This document shows, piece by piece, positions 1 to 9,467 of a DNA stretch of 64,000 nt. Source of the DNA: Candidatus Latescibacterota bacterium (GTDB lineage: Bacteria > Latescibacterota > UBA2968 > UBA8231); the NCBI GenBank assembly GCA_965221775.1, contig CBDCSU010000006.1:896001-960000 (forward strand), written 5' to 3'. Made by a program: the position numbers and the translations under genes. Numbering within the stretch: the first letter of the stretch is position 1; each line of letters begins with the position of its first letter. The notes under the pieces are model-generated. The model did not search any database. It was not told where the DNA came from and saw only the letters and a program-made list of their open reading frames with translations.

Positions 1-2
1 TG

Positions 3-1184
3 GCCAGCGTGCTCGTGGGCCGGAGGGTCCACGACCTCAACGCCGAGGTCCAGGAGCGCCGGGGAGAGACCCAGGCGGTGCGCATCGAGTCCCTGGAGAA
101 CATCACCGTCGTCAAGGCCTTCGGCGCCGAGCGCCGGCAGCTCCGGCGGATCGCCGGCAGGCTGCGCCGCGAGCTCGACGCCGGCCTGGCCCGCGATGTC
201 CGGGGGCTGCTGCTCTCGGGCGTCCAGGGCCTGGTGCACGCCGGCGGCTATCTCGTCCTGCTGTGGGTGGGAGGGCTCCAGGTGATGGACGGCCAGCTCT
301 CCCTCGGGCAGCTCCTGGCCCTCAACTCCCTCCTCGCCTTCGTGCTCTCGCCGACGATGCAGCTGTCCAGCGTCTACCTGGGCGTCAAGATGGCCCTCGG
401 GATCCTGCGGCGGGTGCGCGACTTCGGCGGGGCCCCGGTCCCCGGGGAGCGCGCCGGCAAGCCGCCCATCGACATCGGTCCGGGGCGCGTGGAGTTCGAC
501 AAGGTCTCCTTCGGGCTGTCCGGAGGGGCAACCGTCCTGCACGACGTCTCCGCCACTTTCCCGGCCGGGCGGATCACCGCGGTGGTGGGCGGCACGGGAA
601 TGGGCAAGAGCACCCTCGTGCGGCTCCTGCTGCAGCTGGAGACGCCGTCGCGGGGATCGATCCGGATCGACGGCCGCGACGCGGGCGAGCACGACCCCCG
701 GAGCATCCGCGCCCACATCGGCTACGTCGAGCAGGAGGTGCACCTGTTCTCGGCGACGGTCCGCGAGAACATCCTCTACGGCCGCCCCCGGGCCACGGCC
801 GAGGACCTGGCCTGGGCGACGGCGATCTCCGACTGCGACGGGTTCCTGTCGCGGTTCCCCGACGGGCTGGACACGCGCATCGGCGCCAACGGCGTCGAGC
901 TGTCGCGGGGCCAGAAGCAGCGCGTCTGCCTGGCCCGGGCCATGGTCCGCAGGCCGAGGATCTTAGTCCTCGACGAGACCACCGCCTCCCTGGACCCCGA
1001 GACCGAGCAGACCGTGATCCGCGCCTTGAGGCAGGCCGGCGAGGGCCGCACCACCGTCTACGTGAGCCATCGCCTCGCCTCCCTGGACTTCGCCGACCGG
1101 GTCGTGGTCATGAAGGGCGGGCGGGTGACGAGCGAAGGCCCTCTGCAGGAGGGGGTCTCGTTGGACCGGGCGGCGGCCGCCTGA
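3..1184 (+). CDS. ABC exporter, fused permease/ATP-binding subunit (5' end outside window)
   Basis: TM segments followed by Walker A GGTGMGKST, signature LSRGQKQR, Walker B ILVLDE and H-loop SHR; frame open to the window edge. Confidence 0.9.
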   Translation, partial: ASVLVGRRVHDLNAEVQERRGETQAVRIESLENITVVKAFGAERRQLRRIAGRLRRELDAGLARDVRGLLLSGVQGLVHAGGYLVLLWVGGLQVMDGQLSLGQLLALNSLLAFVLSPTMQLSSVYLGVKMALGILRRVRDFGGAPVPGERAGKPPIDIGPGRVEFDKVSFGLSGGATVLHDVSATFPAGRITAVVGGTGMGKSTLVRLLLQLETPSRGSIRIDGRDAGEHDPRSIRAHIGYVEQEVHLFSATVRENILYGRPRATAEDLAWATAISDCDGFLSRFPDGLDTRIGANGVELSRGQKQRVCLARAMVRRPRILVLDETTASLDPETEQTVIRALRQAGEGRTTVYVSHRLASLDFADRVVVMKGGRVTSEGPLQEGVSLDRAAAA

Positions 1185-1194
1185 GGCCCGGGCG

Positions 1195-1638
1195 ATGCGG
1201 ATTCCCTCGCGCATAGAGTGGACCGGCGGGGCCGTCCTGATCGGCGCCGCCGCGTGCTCCCTGCTCCTGCTCTTCGGGCTGGTCCTCGTCGACGTGGACC
1301 GGGGGATCCTGGTCTCGGGGGAGGTCACGAAGGCGGACGGCGGCTGGCGGCTCGAAGGCCCGGTGGCGAGGCGGAGTCTCGGACTCCTGGGCGACGCCCG
1401 CTACGTCTTCGCCGCCAGGGGGGGCCGCCGCGTCCTGCTGGGGCAGGTGCGGTCCGTGGGCGCGCGGTTCCGGCAAAGCGAGGAGGGAATCCTCGCAGCC
1501 GTGGAATTCGAGTCCACGGCGGGCGGCAAGGGCCTCCCCCGTCCCCTGAGAGAGGGCCCCGCGAGCCTCTTCGTGGCCACACGGCCTCCAGGGCCCTTGC
1601 TGCTCGCGCTTCTCGAGAAGGTAAGCCCCGCCAGGTAG
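1195..1638 (+). CDS. Membrane-anchored hypothetical protein (possible truncated secretion adaptor)
   Basis: N-terminal hydrophobic helix; sits directly after the ABC exporter on the same strand. Confidence 0.5.
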   Translation: MRIPSRIEWTGGAVLIGAAACSLLLLFGLVLVDVDRGILVSGEVTKADGGWRLEGPVARRSLGLLGDARYVFAARGGRRVLLGQVRSVGARFRQSEEGILAAVEFESTAGGKGLPRPLREGPASLFVATRPPGPLLLALLEKVSPAR

Positions 1639-1711
1639 AGGCCCGGCGGCAGCGGGCGGACGGACGTTCCCGGAGAGTCCGGGAACTTCCAGCGGGGAGT
1701 CTTGCGTCCGG

Positions 1712-2512
1712 ATGGACCTGTCAAACCAGAGAGGTGATGTCATGAGAAGATCGGCAGAGAGCGGCACGGAGCAGGAAGGAGCGCGCCTGGTGGAACGTGT
1801 GCGCCTCCTGGCGGCGTCGCCGCGGCAGGCCTTCGCCTCGATCCTGGAGGGCCGCCCCTGGGTGGACGTATTCGTGGTGCTGAGCCTGGGGAGCGCCCTC
1901 GCCTCGTGCCTCTCCCTCTACCTGGCGGGAGACCAGCTGGAGCTGGTGCCCGCCGGCCTGCTCACCGAGTCCCAGGAGAGTGTATTCGCCCTCCTGAGAT
2001 TCGCGGCGATCGTCCTGTTTGCCTTCCCGGCCACCCTGGTCGGCCTCCTGGCGCCGGCGTTCTTCCTCTGGCTGCTGGTGCAGCTCTTCGAGGAATGGAG
2101 CGACTTCCGGGCGATCCTGGCCGTCGTCGCCCACGCCAGCCTGGTGCTGCTGCTCTCCCAGGCGGCCGACACCCTCCTCCTGGCCGGCCGACTGCAGGGG
2201 GCCGAGGCGGTGAGCCTCTCGGAGATGGGCGCCCAGTTCGATCTGGGTCTGCTCTTCGACCTCGGCGGGGCCCCGGTGCTCGCCGTCCTCCTGTCCTACA
2301 CCAGCCCCTTCAAGATCTGGTTCTACGGCCTCCTCGTCGTGGGCATCGGCCGCGCCTGCCGGCTGACCTGGCCGCGCAGCGCCGGCGTCGTGGCCCTGCT
2401 CCTGGTCGCCGGCGTGGTGCTGAGAGTGAGCTTCACCTTCCTGGCGGACACGGCCTCCGAGTCCCTCGCCGCCGACAACGACTGCCCCGCCTGCGAACTG
2501 CTGCCCCGCTGA
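1712..2512 (+). CDS. Yip1-family membrane protein
   Basis: SPRQAFASI motif followed by about 5 TM helices; the start may be ATG 1742. Confidence 0.7.
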   Translation: MDLSNQRGDVMRRSAESGTEQEGARLVERVRLLAASPRQAFASILEGRPWVDVFVVLSLGSALASCLSLYLAGDQLELVPAGLLTESQESVFALLRFAAIVLFAFPATLVGLLAPAFFLWLLVQLFEEWSDFRAILAVVAHASLVLLLSQAADTLLLAGRLQGAEAVSLSEMGAQFDLGLLFDLGGAPVLAVLLSYTSPFKIWFYGLLVVGIGRACRLTWPRSAGVVALLLVAGVVLRVSFTFLADTASESLAADNDCPACELLPR

Positions 2513-4437
2513 TGGCCAGACATCCGTTCAAGGAACTGACCGGGCGCGGGGTGCGCGTCGCCATCATCGACAGCGGCCTCGACACCTCCCGCCGGGACCT
2601 CGCCAAGAGCGTAGTCGGGGGCGTCTCGATACAGGCCGGAGAGGACGGCACCCTCCGGCGGAGCGCCGACTACGGCGACGAGGCCGGCCACGGCACGGCC
2701 TGCGCCGGCATCATCGGCGGCCTAGCGCCCAAGGTGGAGCTGACCATCATCCGGATCTTCGACGCCTTCCTCACCGCCAGCGCCTCGGTCCTGGAGGCCG
2801 CCCTGGAGCACGCCGGGGAGGAGGGCGCTCACGTCATCAACGCGAGCCTCGGCGTCACCGACACCGCCGTCGCCGGCCGTCTCCGGGACGTCTGCCGCAG
2901 CCTCCACGGCGCCGGCATCTGCATCGTCTCCGCTCAACCCCGCGGCGGCGAGCGCAGCTTCCCGGCGGTCTTCGAGGAGGTCATCGGCGTCGAGGACGGG
3001 GATGTCCGCGGCCGCTACGGGTACCACTACCGCGCCGGCCGGCCGATCGAATGCGTCGCCAGGGGCGGTCCCCGCAGGGTCGCCTGGCTCGACGGGGAGG
3101 AGGCGCTGAAGAGCGGCGCGAGCTACGCCGCGCCCCACATCAGCGGCATCGTGGCGCTCCTGAAGGAGCGGCACCCCGCCGCCGGCCCCGAGGAGATGCG
3201 GACGCTCCTCGAGAGCCACGCCACCCGGCCCCCGAGCGAGAGCCCCCGGGGGCGCGGCAAGAAGGCCCGGGGCGCCGGGGGCCGGGGGCCGCGGCGGCGC
3301 GGCGAGCGGCAGCCGGCTTCGGCGTGGATGCGCCGGGTGGTCCTGTATCCGTTCAGCAAGGAGCTGCACGGCCTCGTCCGCTTTCGGGACCTCACGGGCC
3401 TGGAGGTGGTGGGCGTGGCCGACCCGGCGGGCCGGCGCCTGGTGGGCAAGGACGCGGGCGAAGCGATCGGCTCCGAACCCGCGGGTGTCGTCATCGGCCC
3501 CGCCCTCGCCGGCGAGCTGGCCGCCGGCGACACGGTGATCCTGGGCTATCTCGACGAGCTCGGACGGATCGCCAGACGCGACCTGCTGCGGGAAGCGATC
3601 GAAGCCGCCCTCGCCGGCAACCGCAACGTCTACAGCCTCAACGCGGTGCCCGAGCTGAGGTATGGAGACCTGTACGCCGAGAGCCGCCGCCGGGGGCTCC
3701 GTCTAACCTATCCCTCGGTCTCCATCGCCGAGGTGGAGCGGACGATCCGCGAGAAGGCGGCCCTGGGCAAGATCGCCGTGCCCGTCATCGGCTTCTTCGG
3801 GACCAGCTCCCAGCAGGGCAAGTTCACCGCCCAGCTGGCCCTGCGCCGCCATCTGCTGAAGCAGGGCTACCGGGTGGGCCAGCTCGGCACCGAGCACCAG
3901 TCCGGGCTCTTCGGCTTCGACTACACCTTCCCCATGGGCTACGCCTCGCCCCTCGAACTGCCCCTCCAGCGTTTCGAGCCCTTCGTCGACGCCAAGCTCA
4001 GGGAGATCCACCACGAGCGGAAGCCCGATGTGCTCATCGTCGGGTCCCAGTCGGGCACCATCCCCTTCTCCATCGACGAGCCCCGCACCCATCACTTCGT
4101 GAGCCTGGCCTTCCTGCTGGGCGCCAAGCCGGATGTCTGCGTGCTGGCGGTCAACTGCATGGACCCGGAGGAGTACGTGAGAGACACCATCGACGCCATC
4201 CGGATCGTCGGCAAGGCGCGCACCATCTGTCTGCTGCTGAGCGACAAGCAGAGGCGCGTGGAGAAGGCCCATGGCCGCACCTGGGTGAGCTCCAGGGTCC
4301 TGGAAGCCGGGGAGCTGCGGCAGACCCTGAAGGAGCTGGAGGACCGGTTCGGCCTGCCCGCGGTATGCCCCGCCGACCCCGGGGGGCAGCGCCGCCTGGC
4401 GGAGACCGTGGAGACGGCGCTGTCGGAGGCGGCCTGA
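2512..4437 (+). CDS. S8 (subtilisin-like) peptidase fused to a DUF1611/TIGR04066-like P-loop domain
   Basis: Triad motifs VAIIDSG, GHGTACAG and SGASYAAPH; the C-terminal half has LYPFSKE..GKDAG and GTSSQQGKFT; ATG 2512 overlaps the upstream stop. Confidence 0.85.
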   Translation: MARHPFKELTGRGVRVAIIDSGLDTSRRDLAKSVVGGVSIQAGEDGTLRRSADYGDEAGHGTACAGIIGGLAPKVELTIIRIFDAFLTASASVLEAALEHAGEEGAHVINASLGVTDTAVAGRLRDVCRSLHGAGICIVSAQPRGGERSFPAVFEEVIGVEDGDVRGRYGYHYRAGRPIECVARGGPRRVAWLDGEEALKSGASYAAPHISGIVALLKERHPAAGPEEMRTLLESHATRPPSESPRGRGKKARGAGGRGPRRRGERQPASAWMRRVVLYPFSKELHGLVRFRDLTGLEVVGVADPAGRRLVGKDAGEAIGSEPAGVVIGPALAGELAAGDTVILGYLDELGRIARRDLLREAIEAALAGNRNVYSLNAVPELRYGDLYAESRRRGLRLTYPSVSIAEVERTIREKAALGKIAVPVIGFFGTSSQQGKFTAQLALRRHLLKQGYRVGQLGTEHQSGLFGFDYTFPMGYASPLELPLQRFEPFVDAKLREIHHERKPDVLIVGSQSGTIPFSIDEPRTHHFVSLAFLLGAKPDVCVLAVNCMDPEEYVRDTIDAIRIVGKARTICLLLSDKQRRVEKAHGRTWVSSRVLEAGELRQTLKELEDRFGLPAVCPADPGGQRRLAETVETALSEAA

Positions 4438-4439
4438 AG

Positions 4440-5384
4440 ATGACCGGAGCCATGGGAGCGATGAGGAGGGCGATGCTCGTGGCCCTGGCGGCGGGCGTGG
4501 CCGTGCCGGGATGCCGGACCGGCCAGGGGGGGGCCGCCGTGCCGAGGCACCCGGTCGTCCCCGCCGTGCGCGGCGAGCTGATCGACCGGCTCGCCGCCGA
4601 TGGCCGAGTCGAGTTCGCCGAGGTCGTCGAGGTCGGATCCACCCTGTCGGGCACCGTGACCTGGATCGCCGCGGCGGACGGGATCGTAGCCGAAGGTGAC
4701 CCCATCGCCTCCGTGCGGGGACGGCAGGGGCGAGGCGCCGACGTCCCGGCGCCCCGGGGCGGTGCCGTGGTGAGACGGCACGTGGACGCGGGAGAGAGCG
4801 TCCTCGCCGGGTTCGAGGGTGGACCCGCGCTGGTGTCGATCGCCTCCACGGGGCGGTTCGTCGCCCGCTGCGACGTGGCCGAGGTGGACATCGGTTCCTG
4901 GAGCGAGGACCGGCCGGCGATGGTCGTGGTGCAGGCCTTCCCCGGGGACCGGCTCGAAGGACGGGTGCGGCGGATCTCGAGGATGGGCCGCCGGAGCCCG
5001 GGCAGCCACATGGCCACCTTCGAAGCGGTGGTCGACCTCCAGGAAGCCCCGGACCGGCTGCGCCACGGCATGTCCTGTGTCGTGGAGGTTCCGACGTACG
5101 TGCAGAAGGACGTGGTCTCCCTGCCGTTGCAGGCGGTCGCCATGGAAGGACTCGACGCCGCCTCCTGGAGGGCGCGCGGTCCGGTGGCCGCCCGCGCCTG
5201 GTTGTGCGCGGCGGAGGACCCGGCCGGCGCAGGCTCGGCGCCGGGTTGCCCGCGGGACCGCTTGCGGCCGGTGGAGCTGCGAGTCTCGCGAGGCACGGAG
5301 AGCCGCGTCGTCGTCCGGTCCGGCCTCCGGCCAGGGGATCGGGTCGCCGCCGATGCAAGCGCCCTCGAGGAGGCGGCGGAGTGA
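4440..5384 (+). CDS. Efflux periplasmic adaptor (MacA-like), probable lipoprotein
   Basis: Lipobox-like VPGC; MFP motifs VAEVDIG, GRVRRIS, LRHGMS and GLRPGDRV. Confidence 0.8.
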   Translation: MTGAMGAMRRAMLVALAAGVAVPGCRTGQGGAAVPRHPVVPAVRGELIDRLAADGRVEFAEVVEVGSTLSGTVTWIAAADGIVAEGDPIASVRGRQGRGADVPAPRGGAVVRRHVDAGESVLAGFEGGPALVSIASTGRFVARCDVAEVDIGSWSEDRPAMVVVQAFPGDRLEGRVRRISRMGRRSPGSHMATFEAVVDLQEAPDRLRHGMSCVVEVPTYVQKDVVSLPLQAVAMEGLDAASWRARGPVAARAWLCAAEDPAGAGSAPGCPRDRLRPVELRVSRGTESRVVVRSGLRPGDRVAADASALEEAAE

Positions 5385-6604
5385 ACCGGCCTCTCCTGCG
5401 GCGGCGTGGCCGGGTCGCCGGGGCCGCCGTGGCGCAGGGCCTCCAGTACCAGCTCCGCGGCCACCTGCCGCGCACGGCCCTCGCCTGCTTCGGCATCACC
5501 GTGGGCGCGGCGGGGCTCGTTGCGGTGCTGTCCGTGGGCGGCGGGCTCAGGCGCCTGGTGATCTCCGACGCGCGCCAGGCGGGCGGCCACCTGAGCGTTG
5601 TCGTCTCTCCACGGGCCGCGGCGGGAGCCCGCGCTTCCCTGACGCTGGCCGATGTCGATCGGATCGGACGGATTCCCGGCGTGGAGGCGGTGGTCCCCGA
5701 AGCCATCGCCCCCGGGTGGATCGCAGCCGGAGGGCGGCAGGTCGCGGCGCAGGTGCGGGGCGTCACGCCGGAGTTCCTGGCCCGCGGCGAGTGGCCCCTG
5801 GACGCGGGCCGGGGGATCGCTGCCGCAGATGTGTACTCGTCGCGGCGAGTCTGCGTGCTCGGCCACTCCGTCGCCTCGCGGCTGTTCCCCGGCTCCCGGG
5901 GGACGGAAGGCGCCGTCTCCATCGATGGTCTGCGGTTCGCCGTTGTCGGGACGCTGGAGGAACTCGCCTCGCGGGATCCCCTCGCCAACGAGGTGGTGCT
6001 CGTCCCCATCACCGCATCCCTCGAGGCGCTCCGCATCCGGGCCATCGGCAGGGCCACCGTTCAGGCCGCCCACGTGGAGGAGGTCGCCGCCATCGTCGAA
6101 CGAATCAGGGCGTGGCTGGCGCGGGCGCACCGCGGCGGCGACTTCCGCGTCCGTTCGGCCGCCGCCGACGCCCGGGGAGCCGTCCGCGCCCTCCGGGCGA
6201 TCGAGGTGTCGCTGGGCGGGCTGGCGGCGATCTGCCTCGGCCTCGGGGGGCTGGGCATCCTCGGCGCCATGCTGGCCTCCCTCGATGAGCGGGTCTACGA
6301 GATGGGCCTGCGCGCGGCGGTCGGGGCTCCCGGCCACGCCCTGCTGCTGCAGCTGCTGGCCGAGTCCCTCGCCATGAACCTGGCCGGCTTCCTCCCGGGG
6401 ATCGCCCTGGGCGCCGGCGTCTCGTCCTGCGTGGAGTGGTCCGTCCACCTGTTCCTGCCCGAGGTCGACTTCCGCGCCGCCGTGACGGGCGATGTCCTGC
6501 TCGCCGCCGGGCTGGCCTCGGGCGGGGTGGGCCTGCTGTCGGGGGCCGTCCCGGCCCTGCGAGCGGCGCGGATGAGCCCGGTGGAAGCCCTCAAGGAGGC
6601 CTGA
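5381..6604 (+). CDS. ABC transporter permease (MacB/FtsX type)
   Basis: GITVGAAG N-terminal TM, ERVYEMGLRAAVGA and ARMSPVEALK; GTG start overlaps the upstream stop. Confidence 0.85.
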   Translation: MNRPLLRRRGRVAGAAVAQGLQYQLRGHLPRTALACFGITVGAAGLVAVLSVGGGLRRLVISDARQAGGHLSVVVSPRAAAGARASLTLADVDRIGRIPGVEAVVPEAIAPGWIAAGGRQVAAQVRGVTPEFLARGEWPLDAGRGIAAADVYSSRRVCVLGHSVASRLFPGSRGTEGAVSIDGLRFAVVGTLEELASRDPLANEVVLVPITASLEALRIRAIGRATVQAAHVEEVAAIVERIRAWLARAHRGGDFRVRSAAADARGAVRALRAIEVSLGGLAAICLGLGGLGILGAMLASLDERVYEMGLRAAVGAPGHALLLQLLAESLAMNLAGFLPGIALGAGVSSCVEWSVHLFLPEVDFRAAVTGDVLLAAGLASGGVGLLSGAVPALRAARMSPVEALKEA

Positions 6605-7526
6605 GCCCAAGTGCGGAGTCTGCTCGCGGCGCCCACGGCCCTGGAGGCGGTGCGGCGGTTCCGCCTGAGGGCGGTGGTCGCCGTCGTCTCGGTAGCCACC
6701 GGCGTCGCCGCCATGGTGGCGATCCAGTCCGTCGGCGCCGCGGTGCAGCGGCTGGTCATGGGCGAGCTCGGCCGGCTCGGGCTCCAGAGGCTGGTCCTGG
6801 TGCACCCCCGGCCGGCGCCGCCACGGCAAGGACCTGCGCCGTTGCTGACCCTGCAGCAAGTGGTGGAGCTCGAGCGCACCGTGCCCGGTCTCGACCACGT
6901 GGTGCCCATGTCGCGGATGGATCTCCGGATCCAGTCCGGGGGCCGCGGGGCGTACGCCCGGGCCACGGGGACGGTGCCCGACTACCGGCGGCTCCTGGGA
7001 GACACGATGGCCTGGGGCCGGTTTCTCGACGCGACCGATGGCCTGACCCGCCGCAGGGTCTGCGTCCTGGGCGCCGATCTCGCCGAGCGGCTGCTGCGAG
7101 GCGGCCCATCCACGGGCCGGAGGGTCCGCCTCGACGGCGTCACCTACACGGTCGTGGGCGTGCTCGAGAGAAGACGGTTGATGGAGGCTGCCCGGGGCGA
7201 CGAGCGGCTCATCCTCCCGGTCCGCACGCTGGAGAGCTTCCACGGCGGGCCCCCCGGGGTCCACCGCATCCACGCATCCCTGGCGGCCGGTGCCGACCCT
7301 GCCGGAGCCGTGGCCGCCGTTCGCCGCGTCCTCGCCCGCGGCGGGCAGGACCTGGAGCGCTACGAGGTCCTGAGCGGCCGGGAGTTCCTCGAGGACATCA
7401 ACCAGGCCCTGATCGCGGCGCGCCTGGTGACGACGGCCATCGCCGGCATGGCCCTGGTCGTCGGAGCCGTGGGAGTCCTCAACACGATGCTCATCTCGGT
7501 GAGGCAGCGGATCTGGGAGATCGGCC

Positions 7527-7534
7527 TTCGCAAG
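7527..7534. repeat. Target-site duplication, left copy (TTCGCAAG)
   Basis: Identical to 12818-12825; an 8-bp duplication is typical of IS1595. Confidence 0.9.
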
Positions 7535-7547
7535 GGGGATTACATAC

Positions 7548-7576
7548 TTGACTGCGCAAGACCCGTTTCGTATCTT
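7548..7576 (+). promoter_or_regulatory. Sigma70-like promoter overlapping the left IR
   Basis: TTGACT (7548-7553), 17 nt spacer, TATCTT (7571-7576). Confidence 0.65.
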
Positions 7577-7582
7577 GGAGGT

Positions 7583-7890
7583 TGACGGGCGGCTCCTGGC
7601 GGGACCCGGAGCCTCCGTAAGTATACGGGAAATCAACGAGTTATCCAACTCGGAGCAGGTAGGGATCAGATGGGCACTACTGGCCGCAACCGAGAGGCGT
7701 TGACAGGGTTCGGGCGGGTTCGATCTTCGAGGAAGGGCGGGCAGCTACGGCAGGTCCTTCTATCTAACGGAGGCAATCCTTCGCCTGGCCTTACGGGGAG
7801 TCCATACGGCAAGAAGCCAGCGCCGGGGAAGTAAGAGTAAGACCGACGCTATGGACAAACCCGCTGCCCGCCCTCACTCCTACTTAACCC
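7583..7890 (+). ncRNA. Candidate structured RNA or long leader upstream of the transposase
   Basis: Several hairpins, a perfect 12-bp long-range helix 7734-7745/7863-7874 and a potential pseudoknot 7829-7838/7876-7885. Confidence 0.45.
7631..7643 (+). promoter_or_regulatory. IHF-consensus site
   Basis: AATCAACGAGTTA matches WATCAANNNNTTR, about 100 bp inside the left IR. Confidence 0.45.
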
Positions 7891-7905
7891 GATAGAGGAT
7901 TGGAA

Positions 7906-8913
7906 ATGGCCGTCAAAGAGGAATCCAAGGTCAAGGCCGTCAAGGGCCGGACCCGAGAAGAGAAGCCGACCAAGAAGAAGCAGAAGGCTCCTGGTCGCCA
8001 CTATCGAGCTGGGATCACGATGGTGGAGTTGTTCAGGATGTTCCCGGACGATGCCGCTGCGGAAAAGTGGTTTGAGCGTCAGCGGTGGGAACAGACCGGC
8101 CTCTACTGTCCTTTGTGCGGCTCCTGCGACAAGGTGAAGGAAGCTCCCAAGCGCAAGCCGATGCCGTACTGGTGCGGAGACTGCCGGAAACGATTCTCCG
8201 TCCGTACCGGGACGCTGATGGCCCGGTCCCATATCTCGTTGCAGAAATGGGCCATCGGGATCTTCCTGCACCTGACCAGCCTGAAAGGCGTCTCTTCGAT
8301 GAAGCTGCATCGGGACCTGGGGATCACTCAGAAGTCCGCATGGTTCATGCTGCATCGGATCAGAGACGCTTACGGGTGCGAGCCGTGCATGATGGAGGGT
8401 CCGGTCGAGGCGGACGAGACTTTCATCGGCGGGCTCGAAAAGAACAAGCACTCACACAAGAAGTTGCGGGCCGGTCGGGGGACCGTAGGCAAGGCCGTGG
8501 TCGTCGGCGTCAAGGACCGTGAGACAAAGCAGGTTCGCGCCTCGGTCGTGCCGGACACGTCTCGCAAGACGCTGCACGGCTTCCTTCGCAAGCATATCAA
8601 AGCCGATGCCAAGACGTACACGGACGAGAATGTGAGCTACAAGGGCCTGCTGAACCACGAGGCGGTCCAGCACTCCATCGGCAAGTGGGTGGAGGGAGAA
8701 GCGCACACCAACGGCATGGAGTCGTTTTGGGCCACGCTAAAACGTGGATACCATGGGGTTTACCACCGTATGAGCGTGCAGCACCTTCACCGCTACATCC
8801 AGGAGTATGCCGGCAAGCACAACATCCGGGACAAAGACACGCTCGATCAGATGCGGGATGTTGTGGCCGGGATGATCGGCAAGCGCCTGATGTACAAGGA
8901 CCTGACTAAGTAG
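7906..8913 (+). CDS. IS1595-family (ISXO2-like) DDE transposase
   Basis: Zn ribbon CPLCG..CGDC, HTH SSMKLHRDLGITQKSAW, VEADETFIG, YTDE, HTNGMESFW; GAGGA RBS before ATG 7906. Confidence 0.95.
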   Translation: MAVKEESKVKAVKGRTREEKPTKKKQKAPGRHYRAGITMVELFRMFPDDAAAEKWFERQRWEQTGLYCPLCGSCDKVKEAPKRKPMPYWCGDCRKRFSVRTGTLMARSHISLQKWAIGIFLHLTSLKGVSSMKLHRDLGITQKSAWFMLHRIRDAYGCEPCMMEGPVEADETFIGGLEKNKHSHKKLRAGRGTVGKAVVVGVKDRETKQVRASVVPDTSRKTLHGFLRKHIKADAKTYTDENVSYKGLLNHEAVQHSIGKWVEGEAHTNGMESFWATLKRGYHGVYHRMSVQHLHRYIQEYAGKHNIRDKDTLDQMRDVVAGMIGKRLMYKDLTK

Positions 8914-9229
8914 GAGGCTCAGATGATTTCAACTCTGTCTCAATCCGTTCGAGGGCCGATAGGATCTGCTGCTCTGTGGTTGGCTCAAAGGTGCGGAGTA
9001 TATCCCGAGCCATTTGAACCAGTACAGAACGCTCGATCAGAAAGGTCTTGGCTTCCGGCTTGTATGCCGGAATGGTCTGACCCTTACTTGTATCCTCCTG
9101 AAACGTCCAAAGGACAAAAACCACGTCCTTGGGGTCGGGTGTTTCTTTCGATAACTGCTCCGCCAGCTCTGCCTTTGACACCCGAAGAAAGGGGTAGGGT
9201 AGAGCAGGCCGTTGCTCGGATTGTGGCAA
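8906..9229 (-). CDS. Hypothetical passenger protein
   Basis: 107-aa ORF with protein-like composition on the same strand as most passengers; an antisense ORF (8923-9261) competes with it. Confidence 0.45.
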   Translation of the reverse strand: MPQSEQRPALPYPFLRVSKAELAEQLSKETPDPKDVVFVLWTFQEDTSKGQTIPAYKPEAKTFLIERSVLVQMARDILRTFEPTTEQQILSALERIETELKSSEPPT

Positions 9230-9467
9230 AAGGTCCTCCTAACCATGAGGCTAAAAGATGAACAGCAAACCGAAACGCCAGCCGAAGCGCCGTACGTCTC
9301 GCAAGTCAAGCTCGCGTAGGTCTTCCTCTGACACTCGTCAAGCTATGCGATCCGCTCGTGATAGGGACCCTGGCAAGCAGGCCGATGCCCGCCGTATTGT
9401 CCATACCCTGTTGCATGGACGCGGCAGCGGCGAGGGAACGGAGCCTAAGAAGAACGAAGACAGCAAG

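Noticed and set aside
7535-7585. C-terminus GDYILDCARPVSYLGG of the 6611-7585 ORF
   Set aside because: This is read-through into the IS left end, not part of the permease.
7670-7834. 54-codon ORF in the transposase leader
   Set aside because: No recognisable motif, and it overlaps the paired regions. It cannot be excluded, but is not called.
7535-7900. Group I intron (IStron) or known self-cleaving ribozyme at the element's 5' end
   Set aside because: I could not find group I core motifs or a hammerhead core by eye. It is kept only as an unassigned structured RNA.
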